A DNA stretch of 64,000 nt from Calditrichia bacterium (lineage in GTDB: Bacteria; Calditrichota; Calditrichia; RBG-13-44-9; J075): the NCBI GenBank assembly GCA_050633245.1, contig JBOEGD010000002.1, positions 119,006 through 183,005 of the forward strand. The letters run 5' to 3'. Position 1 is the first letter of the stretch. Every line of letters begins with the position of its first letter. Of the stretch, positions 41,460 to 53,202 are shown in pieces. The position numbers were made by a program, and so were the translations under genes. The notes beneath the pieces are model-generated. The model made no database searches, was not told the origin of the DNA, and was given only the letters and a program-made list of their open reading frames with translations.

Positions 41460-41879
41460 TTACGCTGAGGTAGACTTGCTCCGCTTGGCTGCAACCTTAA
41501 GACGGTTGGTAGCCCTTGCCATAGCTGCTTCTGCGCGCGCTGCGTCGATCTTACGCCGATCTTGCAGTCTGTCTTCTGCGCGTTTTCTCGCTTCTGCGGC
41601 GCGGTTGGAATCTATATCCTCAGCTTGTTCGGCTGTTTCGAGAAGAAATAGAACACGATTGTCCAGAACTTCTACAAAACCGCCACTTACCGCGTAACAT
41701 TGAGTTTTGTCAGAGAACTCAATTTTTACTTCACCAATACCTAGTGCGCTTACGAGAGCCGTGTGTCCCGTTAGAACTTGAAACTGCCCCAGAATTCCCG
41801 GGGCAGAACAACTAACGGCATTTTCAAAACTTCGCTTCTCACTAGGGGTCGCAACTTCAATTTTTAAATTTTTATCCAT
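41460..41879 (-). CDS. atpC: ATP synthase F1 epsilon subunit
   Basis: ATPSE, GQFQVLTGH, VSGGFVEV. Confidence 0.95.
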   Translation of the reverse strand: MDKNLKIEVATPSEKRSFENAVSCSAPGILGQFQVLTGHTALVSALGIGEVKIEFSDKTQCYAVSGGFVEVLDNRVLFLLETAEQAEDIDSNRAAEARKRAEDRLQDRRKIDAARAEAAMARATNRLKVAAKRSKSTSA

Positions 41880-41966
41880 TTTGGTAAAAATATAATCGCT
41901 GTATTAGTGTTAGACTTTAGTAATTTTGTTCAAAACCAGAATAAAAAAATGATTCAGATCAATTAA

Positions 41967-43379
<1,413 letters not shown>

Positions 43380-43406
43380 TTATCTTTTGTCATTCTGTAA
43401 CACTGG

Positions 43407-43438
43407 AAAAAACCAAATGCGTCAAATGTCGCATTTGG
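43407..43438 (-). terminator. Terminator-like hairpin between atpG and atpD
   Basis: CCAAATGCG-N8-CGCATTTGG followed by T6 on the minus strand. Confidence 0.5.
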
Positions 43439-43453
43439 ATATCAGAAAGCTTA

Positions 43454-44317
43454 TCAGGATGAGGCTTTGAGGGCCTCAGCACCACCGACAATCTCGAGAA
43501 TCTCGGTCGTAATTGCTGCCTGGCGAGCCTTGTTAAACTGCAGCGTCAGATCGCGGATCAGATCGTTTGCATTTTCCGTGGCATTTTCCATGGCAATCAT
43601 TCGGGCCGCCTGCTCGGAAGCAAATGACTCGAGCAATGCACGCCAGATCTGAGTATTTAAATATCTGGGCAGCAGCGCTTTCAAAATTTCAACCTGACCC
43701 GGCTCGTAGAGATATTCCGTTGATGATACTTCTTCGAGTTCATCTACGTTTACCGGTAATAATGAAGAGACGACCAGTTGCTGAGAGCCAACGGACTTAA
43801 ATTCATTATAAATAAGCTTTACGGAGTCAAACTCCTCTCCCACGAATGCGTCTACAACTTCATTACAAATCGTCTGCGCATTGGTAAAGTCGAGTGTTTG
43901 AAATATCTGCACATGGCTTTTGTAAACGCTGTAGTCACGCTTACTAAAAAACTCATGAATTTTCTTGCCAACGCAAAGCAGACTAACCTGCTTATCGCTA
44001 TGCTTGCTGACTTCCTGCTGTGCGGCCTTAATAACATTACTGTTAAAGGCACCACAGAGTCCCTTATCAGCTGCCACAACAACCAGCAGCATTTTTTCTT
44101 CGGGACGTACGGAAAGCAGTGGAGAATCTGGATTGTCCACGCTTGCCGCAAGATTCTGAATCAGCTCTTTTATTTTGGTCGCATACGGTCTTGCCGACAG
44201 CATGCGATCCTGAGCGCGACGCATCTTGGCAGCCGCCACCATTTTCATGGCCTTGGTAATCTGCTGGGTGTTTTTCACACCCTTGATACGACCGCGTATT
44301 TCTCGTAGAGTTGCCAT
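43454..44317 (-). CDS. atpG: ATP synthase F1 gamma subunit
   Basis: ITKAMKMVAAAK, DKGLCGAFN, RQAAITTEILEI. Confidence 0.98.
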   Translation of the reverse strand: MATLREIRGRIKGVKNTQQITKAMKMVAAAKMRRAQDRMLSARPYATKIKELIQNLAASVDNPDSPLLSVRPEEKMLLVVVAADKGLCGAFNSNVIKAAQQEVSKHSDKQVSLLCVGKKIHEFFSKRDYSVYKSHVQIFQTLDFTNAQTICNEVVDAFVGEEFDSVKLIYNEFKSVGSQQLVVSSLLPVNVDELEEVSSTEYLYEPGQVEILKALLPRYLNTQIWRALLESFASEQAARMIAMENATENANDLIRDLTLQFNKARQAAITTEILEIVGGAEALKASS

Positions 44318-44323
44318 TCGCTC

Positions 44324-45859
44324 TTATCCTTCCGCCTTAAAGGTTTTCAGGAAGTTGGTGAGCGCTTCGTCCAATGTAGCGGTAATTGCATCGGTGAGCT
44401 TTTGCTCCTTAACAATATCACCTAGTACGTTGGCGTGCTTGGCTTCGAGATAATTGACAAATTCTTCCTGGAAACGCTTTACGGCTTCTACAGGAATCTC
44501 ATCCAGATAGCCTTTTGTTCCGGCATATAGCAACACAACCTGCTGCTGAGTCGACATCGGCACATACTGTCCCTGCTTCAGCAACTCAACCAGACGCGCA
44601 CCGCGTGTCAGCTGATCCTGCGTTGTTTTATCAAGGTCAGAACCAAATTTGGCAAAAGCTTCCAAAGCGCGATACTGAGCCAAATCGAGGCGCAGCGTTC
44701 CGGCAACCTGCTTCATCGCTTTAATCTGGGCAGCACCACCTACACGACTTACCGAGATACCAACATTCACAGCCGGTCGCTGACCCGCGTAGAACAAGTT
44801 GGGTTCGAGATAAATCTGACCATCGGTAATCGAAATTACGTTGGTTGGAATATAAGCAGATACGTCACCGGCCTGAGTTTCGATGATTGGCAACGCGGTT
44901 AATGAACCGGCACCTTTGTCATCACTCACCTTGGCGGCGCGCTCAAGCAAACGACTGTGCAGATAGAAAACGTCACCTGGATAGGCTTCGCGGCCCGGCG
45001 GGCGACGCAGCAACAGTGACATCTGGCGATAAGCATTGGCATGTTTAGACAAATCATCGTAAACGATAAGTGCATGCATACCATTATCGCGAAAGTATTC
45101 ACCCATCGTGGCGCCGGTAAACGGAGCCATATATTGTAGCGCGGCAGACTCGGAAGCGTTGGCCTGCACAACAATTGTGTAGTCCATTGCTCCGTTATCT
45201 TCCAGTGTCTTTACAACACGGGCTACGGTAGAGGCTTTTTGTCCGACGGCAACATAAATACAGTATACCGGCGAATCGCCTTTGTGGGTGTCTTTTTGAT
45301 TGATGATGGTATCGATGGCAACAGCGGTTTTACCCACCTGTCGGTCACCAATAATCAGCTCGCGCTGTCCGCGGCCAATAGGAATCATCGAGTCGATAGC
45401 TTTAAGTCCGGTTTGTAGCGGCTCGTGCACAGATTGGCGAAAAATAACGCCCGGTGCCTTACGCTCTACTTCCAGAAATTCTTTGGCGTCAATCGGTCCG
45501 CGCCCATCCTGTGGTTGTCCAAGAGGATTTACCACACGTCCCAGCAGCTCTTTACCTACCGGAACCTGAACGATGCGCCCCGTGCGCTTTACAGTTTCAC
45601 CTTCTTTTACTTCGCGGTCTTCACCGAGAATTACCGCACCGACGCTGTCTTCTTCAAGGTTAAGAACCATGCCGTTAACGCCGGAGTCAAAACTAACCAG
45701 CTCCCCGGCCATTACGCTTTCCAAACCGTAAATACGCGCAATACCGTCACCTACCTGCAGTACGGTACCAACTTCATAAGCATCGGCCTTCTTCTCGAAA
45801 CCTTCCAGCTGCTTTTTAATAATAGCAGAGATTTCTTCCGGTTTTACATCAACGGCCAT
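44324..45859 (-). CDS. atpA: ATP synthase F1 alpha subunit
   Basis: [30 protein letters not shown]. Confidence 0.99.
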   Translation of the reverse strand: MAVDVKPEEISAIIKKQLEGFEKKADAYEVGTVLQVGDGIARIYGLESVMAGELVSFDSGVNGMVLNLEEDSVGAVILGEDREVKEGETVKRTGRIVQVPVGKELLGRVVNPLGQPQDGRGPIDAKEFLEVERKAPGVIFRQSVHEPLQTGLKAIDSMIPIGRGQRELIIGDRQVGKTAVAIDTIINQKDTHKGDSPVYCIYVAVGQKASTVARVVKTLEDNGAMDYTIVVQANASESAALQYMAPFTGATMGEYFRDNGMHALIVYDDLSKHANAYRQMSLLLRRPPGREAYPGDVFYLHSRLLERAAKVSDDKGAGSLTALPIIETQAGDVSAYIPTNVISITDGQIYLEPNLFYAGQRPAVNVGISVSRVGGAAQIKAMKQVAGTLRLDLAQYRALEAFAKFGSDLDKTTQDQLTRGARLVELLKQGQYVPMSTQQQVVLLYAGTKGYLDEIPVEAVKRFQEEFVNYLEAKHANVLGDIVKEQKLTDAITATLDEALTNFLKTFKAEG

Positions 45860-45888
45860 GTCTTTTTCCTCATTGCGTATGGTGTTTT

Positions 45889-46425
45889 CTACTGTGATAA
45901 ACTTTCTTTGAGCTTGCCGAGCTGGTGTTTAAGACTATTGTCATAAACCATGTCGTCAATTTGCACGACAAAACCACCCAGCAAACTTTCGTCGACCTGC
46001 TGCTCGAGCTGGACGTCTTTCGACGTCATGGAATCCAGCTTCTTCTTCAAATCAGCAAGCTGACCTGAAGACAGAGGAACGACACTTGAAACGGTGCCCC
46101 GCACCACCCCGTTACTTTCGTCGATCATGCGACGACATTCGTCGATGATCTGTATAAGCTCGGCCTCGCGGCCCTTTTTGATCAGGACGGACAAGAACTC
46201 GAAACTGAGTGGCTGAATTGACTTCTTAAAAGCCTTCTCGACCACATCCTGTTTCTTGTGTTTGGCGATTACCGGAGACGCAATTACCTCACGCAGTTCT
46301 TCAACGTTTTGGTAACTGGATTCCAGCATGTCCAAATCTGCTGCTACAGCAGCAACTTTCTTTTCCGAGAGCGCCAGCTCAAAGAGTGCTTTGGCGTAGC
46401 GCTTTGCAACACGAGACCTTCTCAC
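45889..46425 (-). CDS. atpH: ATP synthase F1 delta subunit
   Basis: [16 protein letters not shown]; operon position. Confidence 0.95.
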   Translation of the reverse strand: MRRSRVAKRYAKALFELALSEKKVAAVAADLDMLESSYQNVEELREVIASPVIAKHKKQDVVEKAFKKSIQPLSFEFLSVLIKKGREAELIQIIDECRRMIDESNGVVRGTVSSVVPLSSGQLADLKKKLDSMTSKDVQLEQQVDESLLGGFVVQIDDMVYDNSLKHQLGKLKESLSQ

Positions 46426-46437
46426 GGAGTTTTCCTT

Positions 46438-46932
46438 TTAGTTTTTGCTGCCAATTTGAGCAATTGCATCATCGATAATCGATTCATGCTTCGACTTATC
46501 GACAACAACACCAAGCAGTTTTTGGGTAGCATCCACTACCACACCAGCAACTTCTTCTTTCAAAGAAGCAACTGCAGCCTGACGTTCTTTCTCAATATCA
46601 GCTTTTGCCCGCTCTACCAGCTTATCGGCGTCCTGCCGGGCCTGTTCTTTAATGTCAGTTGCTGCCTTTTCGGCAACGGCCTTGCTGTCTTTGAGCATCT
46701 GCTGAATTTCTTCCTGAGCCGATGCCAGCTTAACCTGATGATCAGCCATCATCTTTTCAGCTTCTGCCCGTTCTTTCTCAGCTTTTTCGAGCGCGTCACT
46801 AATTGTGCGCTCGCGTTCGCTAACAGCATTCATCAGAGGCTTCCATGCAACAGCCCTGAGTGCAATAAACAGGAAGACAAACGTCACCCAAGACCAGACG
46901 AGCATACCAGGATTTAGTTTTAACAGATCCAT
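46438..46932 (-). CDS. atpF: ATP synthase Fo subunit b
   Basis: TM helix, WKPL, long coiled coil; operon position. Confidence 0.95.
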   Translation of the reverse strand: MDLLKLNPGMLVWSWVTFVFLFIALRAVAWKPLMNAVSERERTISDALEKAEKERAEAEKMMADHQVKLASAQEEIQQMLKDSKAVAEKAATDIKEQARQDADKLVERAKADIEKERQAAVASLKEEVAGVVVDATQKLLGVVVDKSKHESIIDDAIAQIGSKN

Positions 46933-46962
46933 GGTTCATCCTTTTCGTTTGGGTATGTAGAT

Positions 46963-47193
46963 TTAGGCCTTTCCGCTAAGCAGAAAGCAGATAACCAGAC
47001 CGAAGAATGCCACACCCTCAATAAGAGCAGCAGCAATAATCATCGATGTACGGATATCGCCACCAGCCTCAGGCTGACGAGCAGTTCCTTCCATTGCCTG
47101 TCCACCAATACGTCCGATGCCCAAGCCCGTTCCAATAACGGATAAACCAGCGCCGATTCCGGCAGCTAACCAAGCCAATCCAGTTGCAGTCAT
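46963..47193 (-). CDS. atpE: ATP synthase Fo subunit c
   Basis: GxGxGxG motif, ARQPE loop, IEG carboxylate. Confidence 0.97.
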   Translation of the reverse strand: MTATGLAWLAAGIGAGLSVIGTGLGIGRIGGQAMEGTARQPEAGGDIRTSMIIAAALIEGVAFFGLVICFLLSGKA

Positions 47194-47305
47194 TACTTAT
47201 CTCCTTTTCAATTGAATCATAGGATTTTGATAGTTAATTCAAAATTATTAATAGCTATATAAAAGTTAGAAACATTTTTCACAAAGTCATATTAAAAAAA
47301 AGCGC

Positions 47306-48136
47306 TTAGTGATCGCCATGTGCTGCCATGCCGATAAACAAAGCACTCAACATCGTAAAGATATAAGCCTGTAGAAACGCAACAAACAGTTCCAGAAAGT
47401 TGATTATCAGTGCAAAAATGATTGATACCGGAGCAACGTAAATCGTCCCAAGCACGATAATAAGACCAAGCAGCGCATAAATAACCGTGTGACCGGCAAT
47501 CATATTGGCAAACAAACGCATGGCCAGAGCAAAAGGCTTGGTAAACAATCCAAGAATTTCAATCGGAACAATAATCACATAAAGCAGTGGCGGAACGCCG
47601 CTTGGTGCCAAATGTGCAAGATATCCCTTTACGCCATTGGAACGAATGGCTTCAATCTGCGTTACAAAGAATGTAATAAGCGCTAAACCGGCGGTTATTC
47701 CGATATTCGCCGTTGCAGTAGTAAACAGTGGAATCAGCCCCATTAGATTCATCGTGAGGATAAAAAAGAAAAATGTCGACAACAACGGCGTCAGGCGTGT
47801 GCCCAGGGTTTTCCCCATATTGGGAATTGCCATTTCATCGCGAATATAAAGCACCAGGGTTTCCAATACACCAGCGATTCCCCGCGGAACCAGCTTCGGC
47901 TTGCGAAACGCGACCCAAAAAACGGAGATCAGTATAAAACTGGCGATCCACATCATCAAAACGTGGCTGGTAATAGAAAAATCAAATGGAATGCCAAATA
48001 GCGTTACCGGCTCAAATTTCGGGAGGTGTGCTCCCAGCCAGGTATCCGTATCCTGAAGGTGATGCCCGATCCAATCGTTCAGCGTTTCATCTTCATGGCC
48101 GCCTTCGTCGCCCCCATAGGGCTTATACAAGCTCAT
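47306..48136 (-). CDS. atpB: ATP synthase Fo subunit a
   Basis: LAMRLFANMIAGH, LQAYIF. Confidence 0.96.
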   Translation of the reverse strand: MSLYKPYGGDEGGHEDETLNDWIGHHLQDTDTWLGAHLPKFEPVTLFGIPFDFSITSHVLMMWIASFILISVFWVAFRKPKLVPRGIAGVLETLVLYIRDEMAIPNMGKTLGTRLTPLLSTFFFFILTMNLMGLIPLFTTATANIGITAGLALITFFVTQIEAIRSNGVKGYLAHLAPSGVPPLLYVIIVPIEILGLFTKPFALAMRLFANMIAGHTVIYALLGLIIVLGTIYVAPVSIIFALIINFLELFVAFLQAYIFTMLSALFIGMAAHGDH

Positions 48137-48522
48137 TTTGCTTTCCTTTCAGCATTCGTAGATAAATGCAAATAAACAACTTCAAGTCCCAAATAAACAA
48201 AATAGGAGCCCACCAGTGTGCTAATTAGCGGTAGCTCCCTTAACTTGAGCGCCCATATTAAAACAAATAATAGGGCAAAAATCAACAAAAATCTCAAAAT
48301 CATACTTCCGAAGACAGAAGCCATGAACTCGTTATGGGAACGCCTGATGCCCCACGCCATGATAGCGTAGCCAATAAGCGCATTCACATATCCGATAGCA
48401 AGGCCTGCTGCAGCGGCAATACCGTCGTCAAGATCACCAAGTTGGTAGATCGCCAGTGCCGTAATACCGGCACAAAAAAAAAGCACTGCAGTGCAGAGCA
48501 GAAAATATCGAATTGAATTCAT
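48133..48522 (-). CDS. atpI: ATP synthase protein I (4 TM helices)
   Basis: Four hydrophobic segments; overlaps atpB by 4 bp. Confidence 0.7.
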   Translation of the reverse strand: MNSIRYFLLCTAVLFFCAGITALAIYQLGDLDDGIAAAAGLAIGYVNALIGYAIMAWGIRRSHNEFMASVFGSMILRFLLIFALLFVLIWALKLRELPLISTLVGSYFVYLGLEVVYLHLSTNAERKAK

Positions 48523-48797
48523 TTATTAATCGTTCGATTGCCTGGAGACTTTAGTACAACTTTAAATAAATGGTAAAAACCGGCTGCTAATCCCAAAAGA
48601 ATGCCTGTCAAACTCATATACGAGCCGGTATCCCAGCGTGCATCAAGCCACGTCCCTAACCAATACATCAGCAACATACTCCCCAAAAACGTGTAGGGTA
48701 TATTTAAATACGGTGCCAGTTGACGTAGCTCTTTATGATGTGAAGAAGGCGTGGACTGCCCGGAATCGGAATTATTTGATTCCTTGTTTTTGGACAT
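48519..48797 (-). CDS. AtpZ/AtpI (gene 1) family protein
   Basis: LGTWLDARWDT...GILLG motif; first gene of the atp block. Confidence 0.8.
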   Translation of the reverse strand: MSKNKESNNSDSGQSTPSSHHKELRQLAPYLNIPYTFLGSMLLMYWLGTWLDARWDTGSYMSLTGILLGLAAGFYHLFKVVLKSPGNRTINK

Positions 48798-49221
48798 TTC
48801 CTACGTTCTCTTTCGAGTTGTCTTTGTCGAAAATACTTTTCTTGCCATTGTTGCTCAGGTTCAGCTTGTTACCGCCACCCATTTGGGAATTGCCGTTAAA
48901 GAAAGCACCTTCATCGATAATCAGCTTACCGGTGCTTACATTTCCGTTCAGGGATGAGGTGGACTCAAGGGTCAGTTTTTGTTCGATAACAACATCACCT
49001 TCAATTTTACCACCAACGACCGCATTCTTGGCATAAAGTTCGCCGGTTACCTGTCCGGTAGAGCCGATGGTCACGCGCTCGCTGCTTCTCACGGTGCCTT
49101 TAACCTTGCCGTCGATACGTATACTGCCTTTGGTTTCAATCTTGCCTTCCAGATAGGTTCCTGAGCCAATGAGGTTTAATTGATCAGAACTGCCTTCGCT
49201 GGTTTTCATCTTAAGAGCCAT
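48772..49221 (-). CDS. Bactofilin (polymer-forming cytoskeletal protein, CcmA family)
   Basis: LIGSGTYLEGKI, IRIDGKVKG, LIIDEGAFFNG beta-helix repeats. Confidence 0.93.
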   Translation of the reverse strand: MALKMKTSEGSSDQLNLIGSGTYLEGKIETKGSIRIDGKVKGTVRSSERVTIGSTGQVTGELYAKNAVVGGKIEGDVVIEQKLTLESTSSLNGNVSTGKLIIDEGAFFNGNSQMGGGNKLNLSNNGKKSIFDKDNSKENVGNVQKQGIK

Positions 49222-49223
49222 GC

Positions 49224-50021
49224 TTATTCTCCTACATTGGTATCTAAATCTTTCAAATAAAGCCGTGGATTAACCGGCTTGCCATTTTTCCATATTTCAT
49301 AGTGCAAATGAGGTCCCGAAGATCCTTCTCCGCTATTACCCAGCAGAGCAATAACTTCGCCCTGCTTTATTTGCTGATTTTCCGCAACCAGATTGCGCTG
49401 GTTATGACGGTAAAAGGTCAGGTAGCCATCGGTATGATAAAGCGCGACGGTATAGCCTTTGTCGTAAGTCCAACCGCTGAAAATAACCACACCATCAGCC
49501 GCAGCATGAATCGGTGTTCCTTCCGTTGCAACAATATCAATTCCGTAGTGAAAGGGCCAGCGATATTCCTGTGAGGGAAATCCGCTAACCGGTGTTTTAA
49601 GCGGAACAGATTTCGACAATGACGAGTTTCGGGCGTCCGGCTTAATCAATTCACTCTCTGATATAACCGGCTCATTACCGCCATCGGTAAACTTTACGTA
49701 GCCTTGTAAACTGTTGCGAACCTTATCGTTATAGCTTCGCAGCAGATTCAATTCCGTCTCAAGCTGATTCACTTTTTTCAGCTGGTCCCTTAGATCAACA
49801 TTTTCCAGTTCCAATGTGTTTTTCTCAGTTGCTGCCTGATAAACCTGGCTATAGGTAACAATGCCATAAAGCATGGCAATTGCAAATACACCCAACCCAA
49901 TCAGTAGAGCATTAAGAGAAGCGTAGCGAATCCGGAAGTTTTTTGGGGTTGCCTCATTATCAGGGATAAGCAGAATATTCAGCGTTTTTTTACTTTTTTT
50001 TCGCAACGATGACCCCGACAA
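49224..50021 (-). CDS. M23 family peptidoglycan endopeptidase
   Basis: TM helix plus coiled coil; HYGID and GPHLHYE zinc motifs. Confidence 0.92.
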   Translation of the reverse strand: MSGSSLRKKSKKTLNILLIPDNEATPKNFRIRYASLNALLIGLGVFAIAMLYGIVTYSQVYQAATEKNTLELENVDLRDQLKKVNQLETELNLLRSYNDKVRNSLQGYVKFTDGGNEPVISESELIKPDARNSSLSKSVPLKTPVSGFPSQEYRWPFHYGIDIVATEGTPIHAAADGVVIFSGWTYDKGYTVALYHTDGYLTFYRHNQRNLVAENQQIKQGEVIALLGNSGEGSSGPHLHYEIWKNGKPVNPRLYLKDLDTNVGE

Positions 50022-50024
50022 ATA

Positions 50025-50903
50025 CTATAGTTTGATCCCCTCAAAGATATCCATTAATCGTTCCATGTCTTCGGAGGAATAAAATACAATTTCTATGGTT
50101 CCGCCTTCTTTTTTCGGGCGAACCTTCACCATCGTTCCCAGCTTTTCACGCAGCTTGTCTTCTGATTTTGCCAGATAAGAAGACTTGCGGGAGTTGACGG
50201 CTTTATCTTGCTTATTTTTATGCTTGTCCGACTGCTTGCGCACCAACTGCTCGACGCTGCGTACGGACAAAGATTCTTTAATGGTCTTTAACCAAATTCG
50301 TTCCTGATTCTTTTTATCAGACACACCAAGCAATGCTCTGGCATGTCCTTCACGAATCTCGCCGTGACGTAAACTTTCCTGCAGCTTCGGCGGAAGCTTT
50401 AAAAGACGGATGGCGTTTGCAACCGTGGTGCGATCTTTACCAATCTTTTTGGCTACTTCTTCCTGTGTCAGACCACATTCATCGATGAGGCGTTGATAGC
50501 CCATACCAAGATCAATGGGATTGAGATGTTCACGCTGCACGTTCTCAATGAGCGCAATCTCGAGCATTTCTTCATCGGTGTCAATTTGCTTTACGTAGGC
50601 CGGAATGTGCTTAATGCCTAAATCCAGCGATGCACGTAATCGTCGTTCTCCGGCAACAACCTGATAACGTCCCTCACCAATAGAACGCACCAGAATCGGC
50701 TGAATAACGCCCTTCTCCTCGATCGAACGCTTGAGATCCTGAAACGACTCCTCTTCAAAAATAATGCGCGGCTGAAAAGGATTCGCCTCAATGAGCGCAA
50801 CATCGAGCTCGGAGATTGAGGCCGTAGGAGCTGAACGGTCATCCGTTGAGCTCGCCGGGATTAGTGCTTCAAGGCCTTTTCCAAGGCGGGCTTTACTTTT
50901 CAT
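50025..50903 (-). CDS. parB: Chromosome partitioning protein ParB/Spo0J
   Basis: [29 protein letters not shown], helix-turn-helix. Confidence 0.97.
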   Translation of the reverse strand: MKSKARLGKGLEALIPASSTDDRSAPTASISELDVALIEANPFQPRIIFEEESFQDLKRSIEEKGVIQPILVRSIGEGRYQVVAGERRLRASLDLGIKHIPAYVKQIDTDEEMLEIALIENVQREHLNPIDLGMGYQRLIDECGLTQEEVAKKIGKDRTTVANAIRLLKLPPKLQESLRHGEIREGHARALLGVSDKKNQERIWLKTIKESLSVRSVEQLVRKQSDKHKNKQDKAVNSRKSSYLAKSEDKLREKLGTMVKVRPKKEGGTIEIVFYSSEDMERLMDIFEGIKL

Positions 50904-51658
50904 TGCTGCAGAACTTCCTCTGCAAGTTTCATGTAATTCTGTGCCCCGGTAGACGCTGCATCAAACATAATGATAGGCAACCCGAAACTCGGAGCCTCGC
51001 TCAAACGCACATTACGCATAATTGTGGTTGAAAAGACTTTTTCTTTAAAGTATTTGCGAACTTCCTGCTCTACCTGCATGCAAAGGTTCAGTCGGCCATC
51101 ATACATCGTCAGTAGAACACCGTAGATATCCAGGCGCTTATTCAGATGCTTTTGCACAAGCTTAACGGTGTTTAACAGCTTACTTAGTCCTTCAAGTGCA
51201 TAATACTCGCACTGAATCGGAATAAGCACACTGTCTGCAGCGGTAAGTGCATTTAGCGTCAAAATACCCAGTGATGGCGGACAATCAATGATAATATAGT
51301 CATATTCATCACGTGGACCCTGAAGTGCATCACGCAAGATCTTTTCGCGCGCAATAACCTGAACCAGCTCAACCTCGGTTCCGACCAAATTAATGTGCGA
51401 AGGGATCAGGCTTAAATTCGGCACCTTGGTAGTCATGATAACATTTTCGATATTCTCTTCGTTTACGAGAACATCATACATGCTATGTTCAAGATCCCGC
51501 GTGTCAATTCCCAGTCCGGAAGTGGCATTCGCTTGAGGATCAATATCAATGAGCAACACTTTCTTTTCGGCTATCGCCAGGCATGAAGCCAGGTTCACTG
51601 CCGTTGTTGTTTTACCTACTCCACCCTTCTGATTCGCAACTGCTACTACTTCGGCCAT
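50900..51658 (-). CDS. parA: Chromosome partitioning ATPase ParA/Soj
   Basis: [34 protein letters not shown]; start at 51658 (ATG) or 51667 (GTG). Confidence 0.97.
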   Translation of the reverse strand: MAEVVAVANQKGGVGKTTTAVNLASCLAIAEKKVLLIDIDPQANATSGLGIDTRDLEHSMYDVLVNEENIENVIMTTKVPNLSLIPSHINLVGTEVELVQVIAREKILRDALQGPRDEYDYIIIDCPPSLGILTLNALTAADSVLIPIQCEYYALEGLSKLLNTVKLVQKHLNKRLDIYGVLLTMYDGRLNLCMQVEQEVRKYFKEKVFSTTIMRNVRLSEAPSFGLPIIMFDAASTGAQNYMKLAEEVLQQ

Positions 51659-51685
51659 AATACCCACATCGTTTTATTTTTGCTG

Positions 51686-51714
51686 AATATAACCGTTCTG
51701 CGCTGCCCGGACAA
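51686..51714 (-). promoter_or_regulatory. Putative proximal promoter of the parA operon
   Basis: TTGTCC-N17-TATATT; a second TTGATT-N17-TAAGTT lies at 51847-51875. Confidence 0.45.
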
Positions 51715-51923
51715 ATGGCCAGACAGACAAACAGAAGAAGGAAAATATTGTTTTTAATCGCTTTAGGCTGTCAAAAAAAGTGTGTCTGCGGCGATTTAAA
51801 GACTCGGCTATATGAATTCTTCTACAGCGAAAGGAGTCAGGCATAAAACTTAGACTATATTCGCACCAAAATCAACATCTTATTGTGATCCGTGTGGGAA
51901 TTGGTGATTTGTGAATTATGAGT

Positions 51924-52103
51924 GGCAGTCGGCAGTCTACGACAAAAGTCTTTGCGTCACTCAGTTCTATTCTGAGTTCTTAAACGTGAAACGTGAAAAG
52001 TGAAAAGTGAAACAGGCAATAGAGCAATTAGGCAATTCTATACATCTCCCACTCACCCGCTCTCCCCTTCACCCGTTCATTTTTCTGTGTTCTGTGTTCT
52101 GTG
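51924..52103. repeat. Mosaic of short 7-8 bp tandem repeats
   Basis: (GGCAGTC)2 at 51924, (AAA[C/A]GTG)4 at 51982, GCAATTAGGCAATT at 52024, (TTCTGTG)3 at 52083. Confidence 0.75.
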
Positions 52104-52110
52104 CTCCGAA

Positions 52111-53202
52111 TTACTTCCCAGCCGCTCGCTCTCGGTTTATGCGCTGACGTAATTCCGCAGCTTCTTCATATTTGTTTTTTGTCCGCTTCTTCATTTCCTT
52201 GTTCAGCCGTAAGGCCGAGAGTTCAGCAAGGTAAGTTTCTGCATCCTGATAATCTCCGCGGTTAACGCAGATCTCAGCCAGGCGCAATAAGCAGATAGTT
52301 TCATTGTAATGATTATTCAGGCTATCGGCACGAAGCTCCTTTAGCAGACCTGTGAAGAGCCGCTCGGTTTCATGCGGTATCCCGGCTTTACGGTAAATAG
52401 ACACCAGCGTCCACTTAAAAAAACGACTGTTTGGATACAATGCATGATTATCCAGCGCCAGCTTTAGCGCGCCTTCATGATCCCCGTTGTCGAGAAGAAT
52501 CCAAGCGAGTTGATCAGCGCCAACAAGCGGCACAAAACGTCCCTTTGCCATGGCTTTTTGCACCATCTCAATCCCCAGTTCGCGTTCATCGCTGATAAAC
52601 GGCAGCCAGGTTAATGAGCGCGCCTTACTGCTCTTCCAGTATTTAAAGCTTCCAACCCCCAAATAGGCGTCATAAAATGTACTGTCAAGCTCAATCACCT
52701 TTTCTAAAGCCTTCACACCGGCCCGGGCATCGCGATAAGCGCTCCACATACTGCCCTTCTTATTATTCATAAAGCTGCTGTAGAGGTGGGCACTTCCTTC
52801 AAAAAAGAGCGGCCATGTTTTATCGCCGGAGCGATTGATTGCCTTACTTTTTTCGCGACAGAGCTTCAGGTATTTTTCAAACTCTGATACGCGACTAAAA
52901 TTTTCGGCATCCAGCATTTTTGCCTGCAAACTCGCAGCATAATAAAAATATCCGACCGGGTGCTCGGGGTACCGTTCAACAATATCGCTGAAGGTTGTTA
53001 AGGCGGTGTCGAAATCGTTTAGGATCGTTGCTTCCATTCCCTGTTGAATCTGAGACTCAAGCTCCGCAACCACCGGGTCGACAGGCGGTTCAATTGCATG
53101 AAGCGCGCTGGCGACAAAGAGCACCATCAATAGGAGCAAAAACTTATGTCGTTTTTTGAATATACAGGATATCCGTTTAAGCACTTTTTTCATTTCCTTC
53201 AA
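52111..53202 (-). CDS. Secreted TPR-like alpha-helical protein
   Basis: Signal-like N-terminus; YPEHPVGYFY, DAYLGVGSFKY; overlaps the end of the M16 gene. Confidence 0.78.
   Translation of the reverse strand: MKEMKKVLKRISCIFKKRHKFLLLLMVLFVASALHAIEPPVDPVVAELESQIQQGMEATILNDFDTALTTFSDIVERYPEHPVGYFYYAASLQAKMLDAENFSRVSEFEKYLKLCREKSKAINRSGDKTWPLFFEGSAHLYSSFMNNKKGSMWSAYRDARAGVKALEKVIELDSTFYDAYLGVGSFKYWKSSKARSLTWLPFISDERELGIEMVQKAMAKGRFVPLVGADQLAWILLDNGDHEGALKLALDNHALYPNSRFFKWTLVSIYRKAGIPHETERLFTGLLKELRADSLNNHYNETICLLRLAEICVNRGDYQDAETYLAELSALRLNKEMKKRTKNKYEEAAELRQRINRERAAGK

Noticed and set aside
51982-52014. parS site (GTGAAAC resembles a parS half-site) upstream of parA
   Set aside because: These are direct heptamer repeats, not the 16-bp palindrome TGTTTCACGTGAAACA. 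I spotted no full parS in the window.
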